Positions 1 through 12,719 are shown, numbered from the stretch's first letter. The stretch: 57,287 nucleotides of DNA from Octopus bimaculoides (GCF_001194135.2 NC_068983.1:8709170-8766456), one strand, 5' to 3'. Numbers and translations are program-made. Notes: generated by a model not told the origin, from the sequence alone.

Positions 1-560
1 ATGTGGGTTTATGCTGAACACCTGTTGTCCGGCGAAGGAAGAGTACAGCTGTCGACTGAGTCAATTATAAAAATTGACCCAACGGGAGTTTTAACAAACG
101 AAGGTAAGAATTGTTTTCTCACGGTTGCAGCAATAGCGAAAGAGGTAGTATGGAAGACGAGGATAAAAGGAATTAAGACAGGCAACTTTATCTCTGGCCA
201 CAATTTACGTTCATTTTTTACTTTTCATTTGAAAAGGTAAGTGTGGCTGGAGAGGAGATGTTTGCCGGAGTGTACGTTCCAAAAGAGATGGAAGCATGTT
301 GCACGAGTGCTGTGCGTGCATGGAACCGTGTGAATAGTCAGAAAAAAAAAAGGTGCCAGCAATAGATCGGGGCTTGTGGGGTCGGAGCGTTGCCTGATCA
401 TCGCTTCATTTGTGTTGTCTAACGTACTGTTAATATCATTCGATTTTTTTATATTTTATAAAATTTTTAAAGTCATATTTATGCAAACCATTCACATTTC
501 TGATCCCAATCAGTTGTTTTGTACCATTTTATGTTTGGCCCCCTGTGGGGAATAAAGAAA
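1..560 (+). mobile_element. 3' end of a Tx1/L1-clade LINE: ORF2 C-terminus (one premature stop at 238-240, read-through frame ends at TGA 331-333) plus 3' UTR ending ...GGCCCCCTGTGGGGAATAAAGAAA
   Basis: Frame 1 gives WVYAEHLL...FLTVAAIAKEVVWKTRIKG...FHLKR*VWLERRCLPECTFQKRWKHV. This resembles the region after the zinc knuckle in Tx1-type ORF2 (K-x-x-W-x-x-R-N motif, then a terminal F-x-x-x-W). Recognised by eye. Confidence 0.68.
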
Positions 561-561
561 T

Positions 562-1030
562 TGGTATTTCGTCTACCGTTACGTTGTGAGCTCAAATAAC
601 ACGGAGGTCGACGTTGCCTTTCAACCTTTCGGGTTCGATAAATTAAGTACCAGTTGATTACGTCAATAAATTAAGTACTGTCGATGTAATCTTCTATCCC
701 CCTCCTCCAAATTTCAGGCCTTGTGCCTATAGTAGAAAGGATTACTTTAAAATCTGCCACGATAGGCTTTCCCTTTCACACTTTTGGAGTCGATAAAATA
801 AGCATCACTTGAGCTCTGGTGTCGATGTAGTTGCCTTTCCACCTCCTCCGAAATTACTAGCCTTGTACTAAAGCTTGAAAGCATTATTGTTAATGAAAGG
901 CAGTGAATAGAATCGTTAGCGTCTCTGACAAACTGCCTTCCAGTATTTTGCATCGTAAGTTCAAATTTGTCCGAGGTCGATTTTGCCTTTTCTCCATTCG
1001 AGGTTGTGATTCTAAGTAGTCCTTTGGGCA
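562..1030 (+). mobile_element. Chain of three degenerate, 5'-truncated tRNA-derived SINE units (family A)
   Basis: Three blocks at about 563-745, 750-885 and 895-1030 match parts of the full copy at 26270-26501 (GGTATTTCGTC..GAGTTCAAAT..GAGGTCGAC..GCCTTTCA..TCGATAAA.TAAGTAC). Confidence 0.75.
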
Positions 1031-3148
1031 CGGGAGCCGACATAGTCGACTTGACTCTACCCACATAATTGCTGGTTTCGAACTAAAATTAGAAATAATT
1101 ATTTTATGTGAAATTTTCGTATTTATAAAGTTTGCGAAATAACTTAAATGTATCTATTTTATTACGTTTATCAACAAAGCTTGTGCTTCAGATATCTCTA
1201 AAGACGCTACAACTAATCGTGATCAGAATTACGTCGCGTAGATTAAACTTTACCGGTTTTTCGTCAGACAGAAATATAAACATCGGAAAAGGAATTAACA
1301 ATTTGAGAAGAAGATAGTTCTTATACTATCAAGATTGCTGTATAGTTTCCATGCCTGAGCATATGGTTTTCGAGATTCGCAAATCTACCAAGTCTTATAA
1401 TGTTGCTGACACATAGTGGAAAAATTCGAATTTAGGAATTAGAATTTATATTAGTAGTATGGAATGCCTGTGTAACTCGCCTTCCTACTGTTTTTGTATT
1501 TCGATACTTCCTGCTGAAAAATGATATGTAAGATTTTAAAATCCTTTCAAATTTATGTAAAACGAAGTTAAAGATAGGTTCATAATAATTCTAACGAAAA
1601 ATATTTTTTCACAATTTCGTTAAACTTCATACACAGTGGAGAACGATAAAACGTAATGTGACAAAATAATTTCAATCCTGTAATCTACGGTAGATCATAA
1701 AGGCAATCACAAAATATCTTAGATCTTGCAAATTAGACTTACTATTTTGGCACTGATTTCCATTGAATCGTACTTTTCTTTAACAGCTCTATATTTGGAG
1801 TTGCAGTTTTCCCCCTTTGTATTGTAACGGCCGCTGTACAACAATTTTCTCCAGCCTGCTATGTATTTTTTTTTTTAGTTTTAAACACACAGCACACACA
1901 TAAGAGATATTATCTATGGACGAATACCGCAGTAAACTTGCATTTCCCAATGTACATACATTATACTTACATAATGCACTTACAAAATATTGAAAAGATT
2001 ATTTTCAACTAATACTGTTTCTATTACATATAAGTTTGAAACTAATTATCTTGTATTATAGTTTTAAGTGATGTTATGATAATTACCGTTACATTGTTTT
2101 ATATATTAGCGATATTTTGAAAGTTACTTTTCGGTCAACAAGAAACGCGTAAATGATTTTATACTTTATATATATGAAAATTTGTTTGACTACATTAACG
2201 CACTTGATGTATTAAAGAAATATAAAACCATACTATATACAACCGCTTGTGTATGTAAAATAAGTCATCATAAACAAGTAAATAATCTAGTTATTGGAAT
2301 CAAAGAGAGACAAATTTTTACTATCTTAGATACAACATTGCTACCAATTGATCATAGTCCTACAGTGACAGGAGTTCAGCAGAGGCGAGGGCTTTAAATT
2401 AATCGTAGATATATGTTCACTAACAATCGTAGACAAGCCCGGGATAACAATCGTAGCTAGGTATTCTGTAACAACTAAAGTTAGCTGCATCACAGGAAAC
2501 AAACACGCACATTTGTTAATAACGGTGGTCAGAGCTTAGGTAATAATTGTTCATGTATTTTCAGTAGCACTTATGCACCTGTGTTGTAGATCTGCCTGGT
2601 GTAACAAACGTAGATAATAAGGTATGGGTAACGAGTGAAGATTAGGATCATAAAAGTCGTAATCTGACGTTCGGTACGAGATACAGTGAAGCAAAATGTA
2701 ACAATTACGTAATTAAGAATTTACCAGTTATGGAATCTGGTATTTAATATAGAAAACGCAAGAGAAAATTTTCTTAAAGAATGCTAATAGGGCATATAAA
2801 ATCATTTTAATATCGCCTGTACTTGACCAGGGATCAGATTTACACAATTATATCTTAACAAATTTCAGTCTAAACCAATGGTGGTTTAATATACAGATAA
2901 ACAAACTTTATACATCAATTTTGCTCATGACAGTTTTCCCTGACAAGATGTATCTCCTGTGTGTCAAGAAGATACATGACAGGAATTTGCAACGTTTAAG
3001 CTTTTCCCCAAAATATTATTGGCGTTACTCAAGAGATACATTTACTAACAAGCGAGATTTGCTAACTTGGCCGTAAGTCTATCCTGGTTCAACAAGCCTA
3101 TGGTCGAAGAAAAACGTTCAGTCTTAAACGTCCTGCATTATCACGATG

Positions 3149-3227
3149 AACTGTATACCCTCCAGCCTTCATCAGGTGTCTTGGTCAAACTTCGAACCTG
3201 GGTTCTCATTCCTAAGGTATTTCTCGA

Positions 3228-3265
<38 letters not shown>

Positions 3266-3336
3266 TCACTGCTTGGAATCGAATTCGGAATCTTGGTGTT
3301 AGTAGCCCGCGCTCTTAACCACTACGCCATATGCCC
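3149..3336 (-). mobile_element. Short tRNA-headed SINE (family E): tRNA-Thr/Ser-like head, (AAT)n, and a tail containing CTGATGA plus a stem
   Basis: The minus strand reads GGGCATATGGCGTAGTGGTTAAGAGCGCGGGCTACTAACACCAAGATTCCGAATTCGATTCC (A-box TGGCGTAGTGG, B-box-like GAATTCGATTCC). Then come (AAT)n at 3230-3261 and ...GACACCTGATGAAGGCTGGAGGGTATACAGTT. Confidence 0.75.
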
Positions 3337-6300
3337 GTGGGCAATTATGGAATGAATTATGGATGAACTGTTTCTCTCTTATTTCTAACAAATTAAAACC
3401 CACCAACTGCCTCGCACCAAGCAAAAATTGAAACCAGGTCAGCGATACAATTCATCGGTGACAGCATACTTCTCATTTGTAGTGTTGAACACACATTTTA
3501 AGGATTTCGATTTAAATGAGGCATCACACCTACGCAGACACAAACACGCGTGCACAAACACACACACACACGCATCCACTCACACACATGTACACACACG
3601 AATTTACACACGTATATACACATACATATGTATCTATCTATGTAAATGTTTCTATGTCGACCATTAACATGTTATTTTACATAAAGTGAAAAAGTGAAAC
3701 GAAATAGAGAATTCGAATATATGAACAACACACGCATAGACACATATGGCTGACGCATAATCCTTCGCATGTACACATACAATTACACATAAATTTAATG
3801 TTTGTGCATACAGGCTATTTCATAAATATGTATATGCGTGTGAATGCTTAACGCAAATATGCATATAACTAACTAGAAAATAAATACGATATCATTATGG
3901 TTTATGAATATTTTAATAAATGCATTTCCAATATTTGATATTTCTATGGATCTTCCATTAAAAATTATATCAAATATAAATTCAACTAAAACTGCTATTT
4001 TGCTCGACTGATTCCCTCGAGATATAGATCGCTGGAACTGCTATAGAGACGTGAGCTGGAATAAAGAATCATTTTAATAACGGTACAGAAAACAGTTAAA
4101 TCTTACATAATGAGCAAATGCTAGCAATTAATAGGGAAATCTTAGTCTCGATGCAGAAAACAAACCAAAATAGAGTTTAATACATCGAAATTCGCTTAGA
4201 ATAGAATAATTATAATTTCGTTAGTGTTTTCTTTCTTTCGTATTTTTTATTTCGCTTGAATTTCATCTCAAGTGTAAGTCCATTAAGTGGGTGGGCCTAA
4301 TCGTAGGCTTAGCTCTCAGAAATGCAATGGAGGATTTTCGTTGGTGGTCTTGTAGATATTATTGTCTAAGAAATCAAATATACAGTGTTCTCACTCGCTA
4401 AAAGGACACAATTGTTCTTTTAATCCAGTGTACCGAGTCATCATATTCTAAGTTCCAGAATTTAGCGGGTTCATCATTCAGAATAACGATTTCCATAATT
4501 CATTGACTCACAGAGACAGGTCCCATCTCAAGACACCTTCAGATTGTTATTAGTTCAATCGTCTTCAACGGTAGTATATTTATTGAAAACACTGTAATTA
4601 ATATCATGCGGATTAATTCTTAACAAGGTAATACTGCAGGGCGATGCATTGTCAGAAAAAGTATCAACTGAACAAAATTCATGCGATTATTTAATAACAC
4701 CATTTACAGTCTAAGTTCGAATCATGTTTAGGTTCAAGTTACCTTTCATCTTTCCAAGTCGTTAAAATATATACCAGTCACGTAATTTGAAATATTATGG
4801 TCTACACCTTGCACTATAGATAACCTGTTTTGTGGAGAGTTTAGAACTCCACATGAAAACAAAATCACCGGTCAGCTTGGCCAGCTTTTCTCTTTGTGTA
4901 CCATTACATTGTTGTCTATAGACCACAAGGATCGAAGTGTTAGATCTTTTTTTCTGCTTGCGTTGGAGAAATAAGATAGCAGCAAAAAAATCATTTACAG
5001 GATAATAAGCTAACCAATAACAAGTGAGCATTACTTCTTAATCTAGTGATGTGCTCGACCTATACTATTCAAGTTAGCGAAACATTGGTCAGTTTCTAAG
5101 AAAAGTTAAACATGCTTACAAAGGTGACTTTTCCTACTAGTAAAACCTAGGACAACGAGTATATTACCTCTTTAATTTGACTGTTCAACTTGCTAGCAAT
5201 ATCGGCAAAATCATTCTCAAACCACAAAGAAAATAAATGTACGGAAAATATAAAAACACAGGAAGGGGCATGAGTAGTATACTTTGACTATAGATATCTT
5301 GGTAAAGAATGAACTAGAGCTAAACAATAACTTAAAACTACGATCCAATGAGAGTAACTCCACGTGATCGATTTATTTGTCAGAAATAGCAGAGAAATCT
5401 CATATGACGCTCCAGCATTCTCATGAACATCTAGGGATTGTATTACATTTTTGTAGTGTCGTCTTGGTGCTAAGCTCCAATAACTACAACTTCTAGCTAC
5501 ATCTACAAACGAGCTTTTGTATAGCAGTGGTCATGCTTGAAATAGCAATAAGATCGTTAAATTATACTCTACCGTCTCAGAATAGAAAGAACACGATGGA
5601 TAATGTCTCTGATTTGCAAAATTATAGGATCAGCAAGCATGTGCTTCCTCAGTATAAACATGGGCTAAACAATAACAAGAAAGCAACTATGACGGTATAA
5701 GTCATTGACATACAAAGAACCTCTTAGTCCACTAGAAACAGCAGCGCAGTATCTATCAAATCACACATTTCCATCTCAGAAAGTTATTTCTGGACTCTGA
5801 TCGGATTGACCCAGCTGGAATGGCTTTGATAAATATACTCAGTCACAGCTGACTTTGGGTAATATAATGATAGCATTAACAACAGGCGCAATGATAGCTT
5901 ATACGCATATCAATTCGATAATCGGAATTTAAGAAACGTATCGAGGGGCATCATATTATATTAGTCCGATCATATTATATTGTACGAACTACTCACTTTC
6001 GACTGATGTTACCAACATGGCTACTATTCGTAGACTAAAACTGAATGATTGGAATCGATGATTGTTTTTTTCTTTTTAAAATGCGGAGTATTTATTGGGG
6101 TTTGTTATTAAATATTGATCAGGTATGTTGGAGCATTGCAGTATGTTATTCAATATTTATAGCAAATAGCTTAGCGTTTATAACATTTATTGTATCGAAG
6201 CTAATTAAAAGAGGAGTGTAAACATAAAAGCCTTTTGAATAAATATAATAAACAGAAATTAGCTAAACTACATTACGGTTATAAATTATACTATAATTGG

Positions 6301-6550
6301 ATTTATCATGTTGGTCCATTAGATAATATACGATTCGTTTCATCCATCATGTGATCAGTTTGAGCAGAGGCTAAGTGTAAAGTCGATTAAATCGAAGTTG
6401 TTTATATTACTATAAAGATCAGTGGTATGGGAGACACGGTAGGGAGGGGTGGAAAAAAGGACGCCTTGCAGTGCTTAATAATGAACAATTGAATTATGTG
6501 TTCGAATTCAACAGCAGTATATATTGTCAACAATTGAGAAAAAAAAAACT

Positions 6551-6593
6551 ACTGAAGGACGGGTCATTCGGAGTTTTCTTTCCTCAGTCGAGT
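6551..6593 (-). ncRNA. Hammerhead-like motif with non-canonical core positions
   Basis: Minus strand: ACTCGA CTGAGGA A AGA-AAAC-TCC GAAT GAC-CC-GTC C T TCAGT. The core strands and stems are in type I order, but 15.1/16.1 are U/C instead of A/U. Confidence 0.3.
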
Positions 6594-6900
6594 TCCAGAT
6601 TATGTTTGTAATGTCGGCTGGTTATATTCGAGATTGCTCCAATCTGGCCAGCCCCATGGAAAAACTAAGCTAAGAGCATTAGATTCCTTTGAAGAAAGCA
6701 GCGAATGTATAAGAAAACAAGGACGGAAGAAGAACGGAGAATGTTATACAAATGTAAATAATACGACATAACAACAGGTACCTTTCAACTAAGGACGAAT
6801 TAAATTAAGCTGGTGTGTGTGGAAATAAAGCCTTACGGCAGGGATATAAGATTTCACAGGCACAGGGAGCAATATAGATATGGCAAGGCCGATGGCCGAA
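6551..6900 (-). mobile_element. Probable Penelope-like element 3' end / pseudo-LTR remnant
   Basis: Sharp-edged segment of higher GC with a hammerhead-like motif at its 3' end. There is a weak minus-strand similarity (NLISLP*GFISTH) to the L-x-T-L-x-P-x-G-x-N end of PLE GIY-YIG domains. Confidence 0.4.
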
Positions 6901-7146
6901 CCAAGAAAGAAAGATCAGGCTTGGCCGAACATCAGTCACGTGGGAAGAGAAGAGAGAGTGGTAGTGGCAGAGGACAGAAGAATTAAGGAAAATAATGACA
7001 GGGAAACAGTGAAGTGAAAAGAGAAGGGAAAGTGAGCAAGAAGAGTAGGCAGGGAAATGTGACAGAGAGGGAACGAAAGAACGAAGAGTGGAATGAACGA
7101 ATAAGCGTGAAAGTGGTGGTAGAAAGAAACAATAGAGTCGTACAAG

Positions 7147-7178
<32 letters not shown>

Positions 7179-8201
7179 NNNNNNNNNNNNNNNNNNNNNN
7201 NNNNNNNNNNNNNNNNNNNNNNNNNNNNNNNNNNNNNNNNNNNNNNNNNNNNNNNNNNNNNNNNNNNNNNNNNNNNNNNNNNNNNNNNNNNNNNNNNNNN
7301 NNNNNNNNNNNNNNNNNNNNNNNNNNNNNNNNNNNNNNNNNNNNNNNNNNNNNNNNNNNNNNNNNNNNNNNNNNNNNNNNNNNNNNNNNNNNNNNNNNNN
7401 NNNNNNNNNNNNNNNNNNNNNNNNNNNNNNNNNNNNNNNNNNNNNNNNNNNNNNNNNNNNNNNNNNNNNNNNNNNNNNNNNNNNNNNNNNNNNNNNNNNN
7501 NNNNNNNNNNNNNNNNNNNNNNNNNNNNNNNNNNNNNNNNNNNNNNNNNNNNNNNNNNNNNNNNNNNNNNNNNNNNNNNNNNNNNNNNNNNNNNNNNNNN
7601 NNNNNNNNNNNNNNNNNNNNNNNNNNNNNNNNNNNNNNNNNNNNNNNNNNNNNNNNNNNNNNNNNNNNNNNNNNNNNNNNNNNNNNNNNNNNNNNNNNNN
7701 NNNNNATATATATATATATATACATATACTGATAGGTACAAGGACCGGCGTGGATAATCTTGTAATATATATTCAGTTTATATATTGTGCAAACTGAGAC
7801 CAACATGCATGTAGAAATAAGTGTACGAAGAATATACACACTATACGTATACATACCTATATAAATAAATGATAAAGGATAATAAATATGTTTGATCACT
7901 TAACCATGTTCTGTTTCCGCCCAACTATCACTTTATAATTGCATAATTAGCAAATATCGATGCTAAAACGTGAACTGTATATTTACATTTGTCTTATCAA
8001 TATCTCCATCAAATTAGATATGGGACAAAGAGTATAACATACGTTGATTAATATACTTTGTTGATCGATTACCATCGGTTTTGTTGAATCTATACAGTTA
8101 AGTATATGCTTGTGGTTCACTAACTGCCAAGATCTTTTCCTATCACATTACCCGATGTTTGTATGAATGTACGTATATATGCACACACAAACACACATTT
8201 T

Positions 8202-8249
<48 letters not shown>

Positions 8250-8282
8250 TATTATATAGATATACACAAAGCTCCCTTTTCA

Positions 8283-8650
8283 ATCACTTCATTCTGGGTT
8301 CAGTCCCACTGCGTGGCACATTAGGCAAATGTCTTCTATTATAGCCTCGAGCTGACCAAAGCTTCGTGAGTGAAGTTGGTAGGCGGAAACTCAACGAAGC
8401 CCGTATGTATATCTCTATGCCCGTGTCTTTGTATCTGTATTTGTCTCATTCCAAAGTTTTACAACTGGTGCTAGTGTGTTTAATGTCTCCAGAAATTAAC
8501 TGTTCGGCAAAGAGGCAACAGAATCAGTACCAGGCTAAAAAGGAAAAGAATTGGTACTGTGGTACTGGACTCGATTCATTCGTCTAAAAATTCTTCAAGG
8601 CGATGCCCGAGCATGCTCGTAGTCCAACGATTGAAACCCTTAAACAATAA
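8283..8650 (+). mobile_element. tRNA-derived SINE family B, degenerate and missing the A-box end
   Basis: GGGTTCAGTCCCACTGCGTGGCAC..GGCAAATGTCTTCTATTATAGCC..GGAAACT..GAAGCCCGT, followed by a 3' part collinear with 35361-35764. Confidence 0.8.
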
Positions 8651-9218
8651 AACCTAAAACACATATATTTACTCATGCACAAAATGTGTTATGCAGTTTG
8701 CGTTATAGCGGGTTGAGTTACCTTCTTCTTTTATAAGCATAGCAAGCCAAGTAGAACATTTTGTAATTGTATTTCTGACATAAGTTGAAGTTCGCAATTT
8801 CTACTTTTGCAACCTCATTTGTATGTTACACTGCTCATTAACAGTTTGTTTTATGATTTACTTTTTCTTTTCTTCTTATCGTTGATATCTCATTCCACAT
8901 ACATTGATGTAATAAACCAACAGAATTGTACTTAAAGAAATCATCGTCTTTCGTGTCTTAATGACAAACAGTTGGAAGTCATTTGGTGATAACATCTAAA
9001 AACATTCAACCACTATAAAAGTAATGTTACAGAGACTACATTCATTTCCTATGCTGAAGATAATATTGTGAATTTGGATCTAAGAACCATATTGAACCAA
9101 ATAAACTACTAAATATTCTACGGGAATATGAAATCTTTGTAATGAAAAATATGAAACTGAAATATGTGTGTTGATAAAACTGAATTATAAATACATACAT
9201 ATATACATACATGCATAC

Positions 9219-9275
<57 letters not shown>

Positions 9276-9859
9276 NNNNNNNNNNNNNNNNNNNNNNNNN
9301 NNNNNNNNNNNNNNNNNNNNNNNNNNNNNNNNNNNNNNNNNNNNNNNNNNNNNNNNNNNNNNNNNNNNNNNNNNNNNNNNNNNNNNNNNNNNNNNNNNNN
9401 NNNNNNNNNNNNNNNNNNNNNNNNNNNNNNNNNNNNNNNNNNNNNNNNNNNNNNNNNNNNNNNNNNNNNNNNNNNNNNNNNNNNNNNNNNNNNNNNNNNN
9501 NNNNNNNNNNNNNNNNNNNNNNNNNNNNNNNNNNNNNNNNNNNNNNNNNNNNNNNNNNNNNNNNNNNNNNNNNNNNNNNNNNNNNNNNNNNNNNNNNNNN
9601 NNNNNNNNNNNNNNNNNNNNNNNNNNNNNNNNNNNNNNNNNNNNNNNNNNNNNNNNNNNNNNNNNNNNNNNNNNNNNNNNNNNNNNNNNNNNNNNNNNNN
9701 NNNNNNNNNNNNNNNNNNNNNNNNNNNNNNNNNNNNNNNNNNNNNNNNNNNNNNNNNNNNNNNNNNNNNNNNNNNNNNNNNNNNNNNNNNNNNNNNNNNN
9801 NNNNNNNNNNNNNNNNNNNNNNNNNNNNNNNNNNNNNNNNNNNNNNNNNNNNNNNNNNN

Positions 9860-9901
<42 letters not shown>

Positions 9902-12527
9902 CTATTGGGATTTATGTTCAGAAGCTACCGAATTTGAAATTAATTCCACCTCTTTTTATGATTATCTCCTCTTCATCTCACTGGGATGCTTTTATTCCTG
10001 TGACCAATCAAATATTCCAAAAAGTTATTCCTGACATTATATCTCGAAATGAATTTCAGCATATTTATCGCTTATATGAAAAAGTGTTATGATTGATATA
10101 TTTCTCTAGAGGATAGCATAATATTTCTGGTTCACATTTGTATTTATGTGTACGCTTGTTTATCCAGAAATGATGTTAACAGCTATTGATAGACTTTCTG
10201 TCTAGTTTGCAATTCACCTCACTCAGTAAGATATAACAGCCTGTGTTATGGAAAAACACCATTAGGATTTCAAGTCTATTTGTTTTTTCATTGTAACATT
10301 ATTTTCCTTCCATTGATGTTAGACCTATACAGTTTCAGAACATCAATAAATAAGATGCAGTATCACTGACATTTTTGCAATACGGGTGGTTTGATATTCT
10401 TTAGATTCTCTATAATTTTATTGAAAGTACATTATTGGTTATAATTCAACAACCTTTGCCTTATTCTAATTATATGTTCCATTCCGAAGTCCTTTCCGCC
10501 AAATGGCTCTGGCATTAAATACCTTCAACGAATATATATGTGACACGAATGATTACATATATATGTGTGTGAGTTTGTGTGTGCGTGTTTGTGTGTGTGT
10601 GTGTGTGTGTGTATGTTTGTGCGTGCATGTGTATATTTGTGTATATTTATTACAGACGACATATCGGTTGTTTAACAGAATTCGTTTTCCTAACTCGTCA
10701 TACTTTTCATACAAGCATACGCTAACATTAATAGATATTAATGTTATCTCGCAAGGGCTATAATTTCGTTGAGTGAACTTTCAGGGAATTGTGTATGACA
10801 GCTATGGTAACAATAGTAAAATGCGGTATCAAATTCCGCAAAGCAGATAATACTATACTTATCAGGTAATGACTGGAGGTTTCATGTACTTTCACTAGCA
10901 TAAAAAAAACGTTTATTATCATGACATGACTGTCACTGGCGCTAAGTTCAGTACGCGCTCTAACCCACTGTTGAACACTCAACGTTGATAATGTTCTCAA
11001 AGTTTGAAAATATTAAGCAATACAACTGACTGCTCCGCTAGATTTGAGATCTTGTAACAAAATCCTTGTCCACCTCTGACTCTGTGGCAGAAATATTGGA
11101 CAAGACGGTGTATTATGAACGGAAAACTTCAAATAACTTGTCTAAACGTTTCGAAGACACTAACTAATTTTGACAACTTCAAGAAATTGTAGTAAGGTGT
11201 AATTAACGCAAATTTCTTTGAACATTAACTGTTGGTGTAAGGTTATCTTCCGTGAAGTTTAGCATAACAAATCACTTAAAAAGTTACCCTGTCTAAGTGA
11301 ATGTATCAATAACACCATTATCGTACTTATTACGAACGTTAATAATACATTGCTCTTATTTCTTGGTGTTCTTCCCTCTTATCCACTGACGTTCACTCAC
11401 GTTTATTTGCTTTAATACTTTTCACTCAAAAATTGCATTTAAGTTTAAAGGAAAAACCAAAATGCATTGGTTTATTGCAGAAAAAAGCTAGCTACATCGG
11501 GGGCAAATACTTAGGATGAGTACATATGTGTGCGCGCGTGTGTGTATGTCTCTGTGTGTGAATAAATGAGAAAACACTCGCTAAATAATAAATGACTACT
11601 ACAAACAACAGTTATCAGCTATAATGCTGCAACCAGTATTGTATATTTTCAATGTTGCATGTAACACTACATTTGTTTATAAACAAAAATCCATTAATGA
11701 AGGAAAATATTAAATTTGGAATGAAAATTAAGAAATGTATTTGTACAATTATATGGAGTAGGAGGATACAGAGGCATCAAAGAAAAAGCTAGAAAACTTA
11801 ATTTAACCAAAAATAATATCTGCTTGAAAGTAGGGCACTAAACATGTTAGATGTAATTAAGGTTGACATGAATCTTTAGCGTAGCTGTCTCTTTGAACGC
11901 GTACTGATGGTTAATGGCTATAGAAGGGCGAGACTTATAGGTTTCTGTGAGCTTCCACTTGAAAGCAACCACTCATCACTTAACAGACTTCTGATAACTT
12001 CCTACGATAAAGAAATAAAATCGAATGAAATATATGAATAATGTGAGTACCAGTACAGAGACACACTTCGACGTTCTGTTCCATGGACAAGAAACAAACG
12101 TTCTCAATAACATAATGTAGAGTATCAATTTCATTTCGTTGTCTGGCAACTAGCAGTAATTTCTTAATATCAGAGAAACGCCAGTTCGAAAGCAGCCACT
12201 TGAAAAGTTGCCATTGTTGAGTCCAGTGACGTGTATTTTCGCGTGTGGGGACGGAAAGAGAGTACCCTATAGGTATAGGTGATAAGTTACTCGGCGGTAA
12301 AGTAAATATAACCTGAATGATAGACAGTGGAATCCCGCTTAGAACAACAATGCAGCAACACTAAACTTTTATCAGCACACATATCTTCATCCGTTGTTCT
12401 ATCAATCCATACATACTTAGATGCATGCATGCATAAATACACACATATATACATACGTATATATATACATAGAAGACACACACATGTACATATATTTGTA
12501 TAAGTATATATATATATATGTATATAT

Positions 12528-12586
12528 GTATGCTTGTATGAGAGTATGCTTGTATGAGAGTATGATTGTATGAGAGTATGCTTGTG
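12528..12586. repeat. 16-bp minisatellite (GTATGCTTGTATGAGA) x about 3.7
   Basis: Direct tandem units at 12528, 12544, 12560 and 12576. Confidence 0.85.
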
Positions 12587-12719
12587 CACGTATCTCATTG
12601 CAGTTTGAGATTATGTTCACGCCAGTCTAAAACCATATGCATTTTAGAATGGCTTATTCTCCTGAAACTAAGCAATTCAAACGGATTATCAGATTACTCT
12701 TTTATTAGCTGACTCTGGA

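Noticed and set aside
341-350. A-run after the LINE stop as a poly(A) tail
   Set aside because: GC-rich UTR-like sequence continues past it to the AATAAAGAAA tail at 551-560.
3263-3336. Possible genuine tRNA gene
   Set aside because: The acceptor and anticodon stems do not pair properly, and it continues into a repeat tail without a T-run terminator. Treated as a SINE head, like the other A/B-box hits.
5280-5900. FDYRYLG motif suggesting RT domain 7 of an old LINE
   Set aside because: No further motifs could be chained in any frame.
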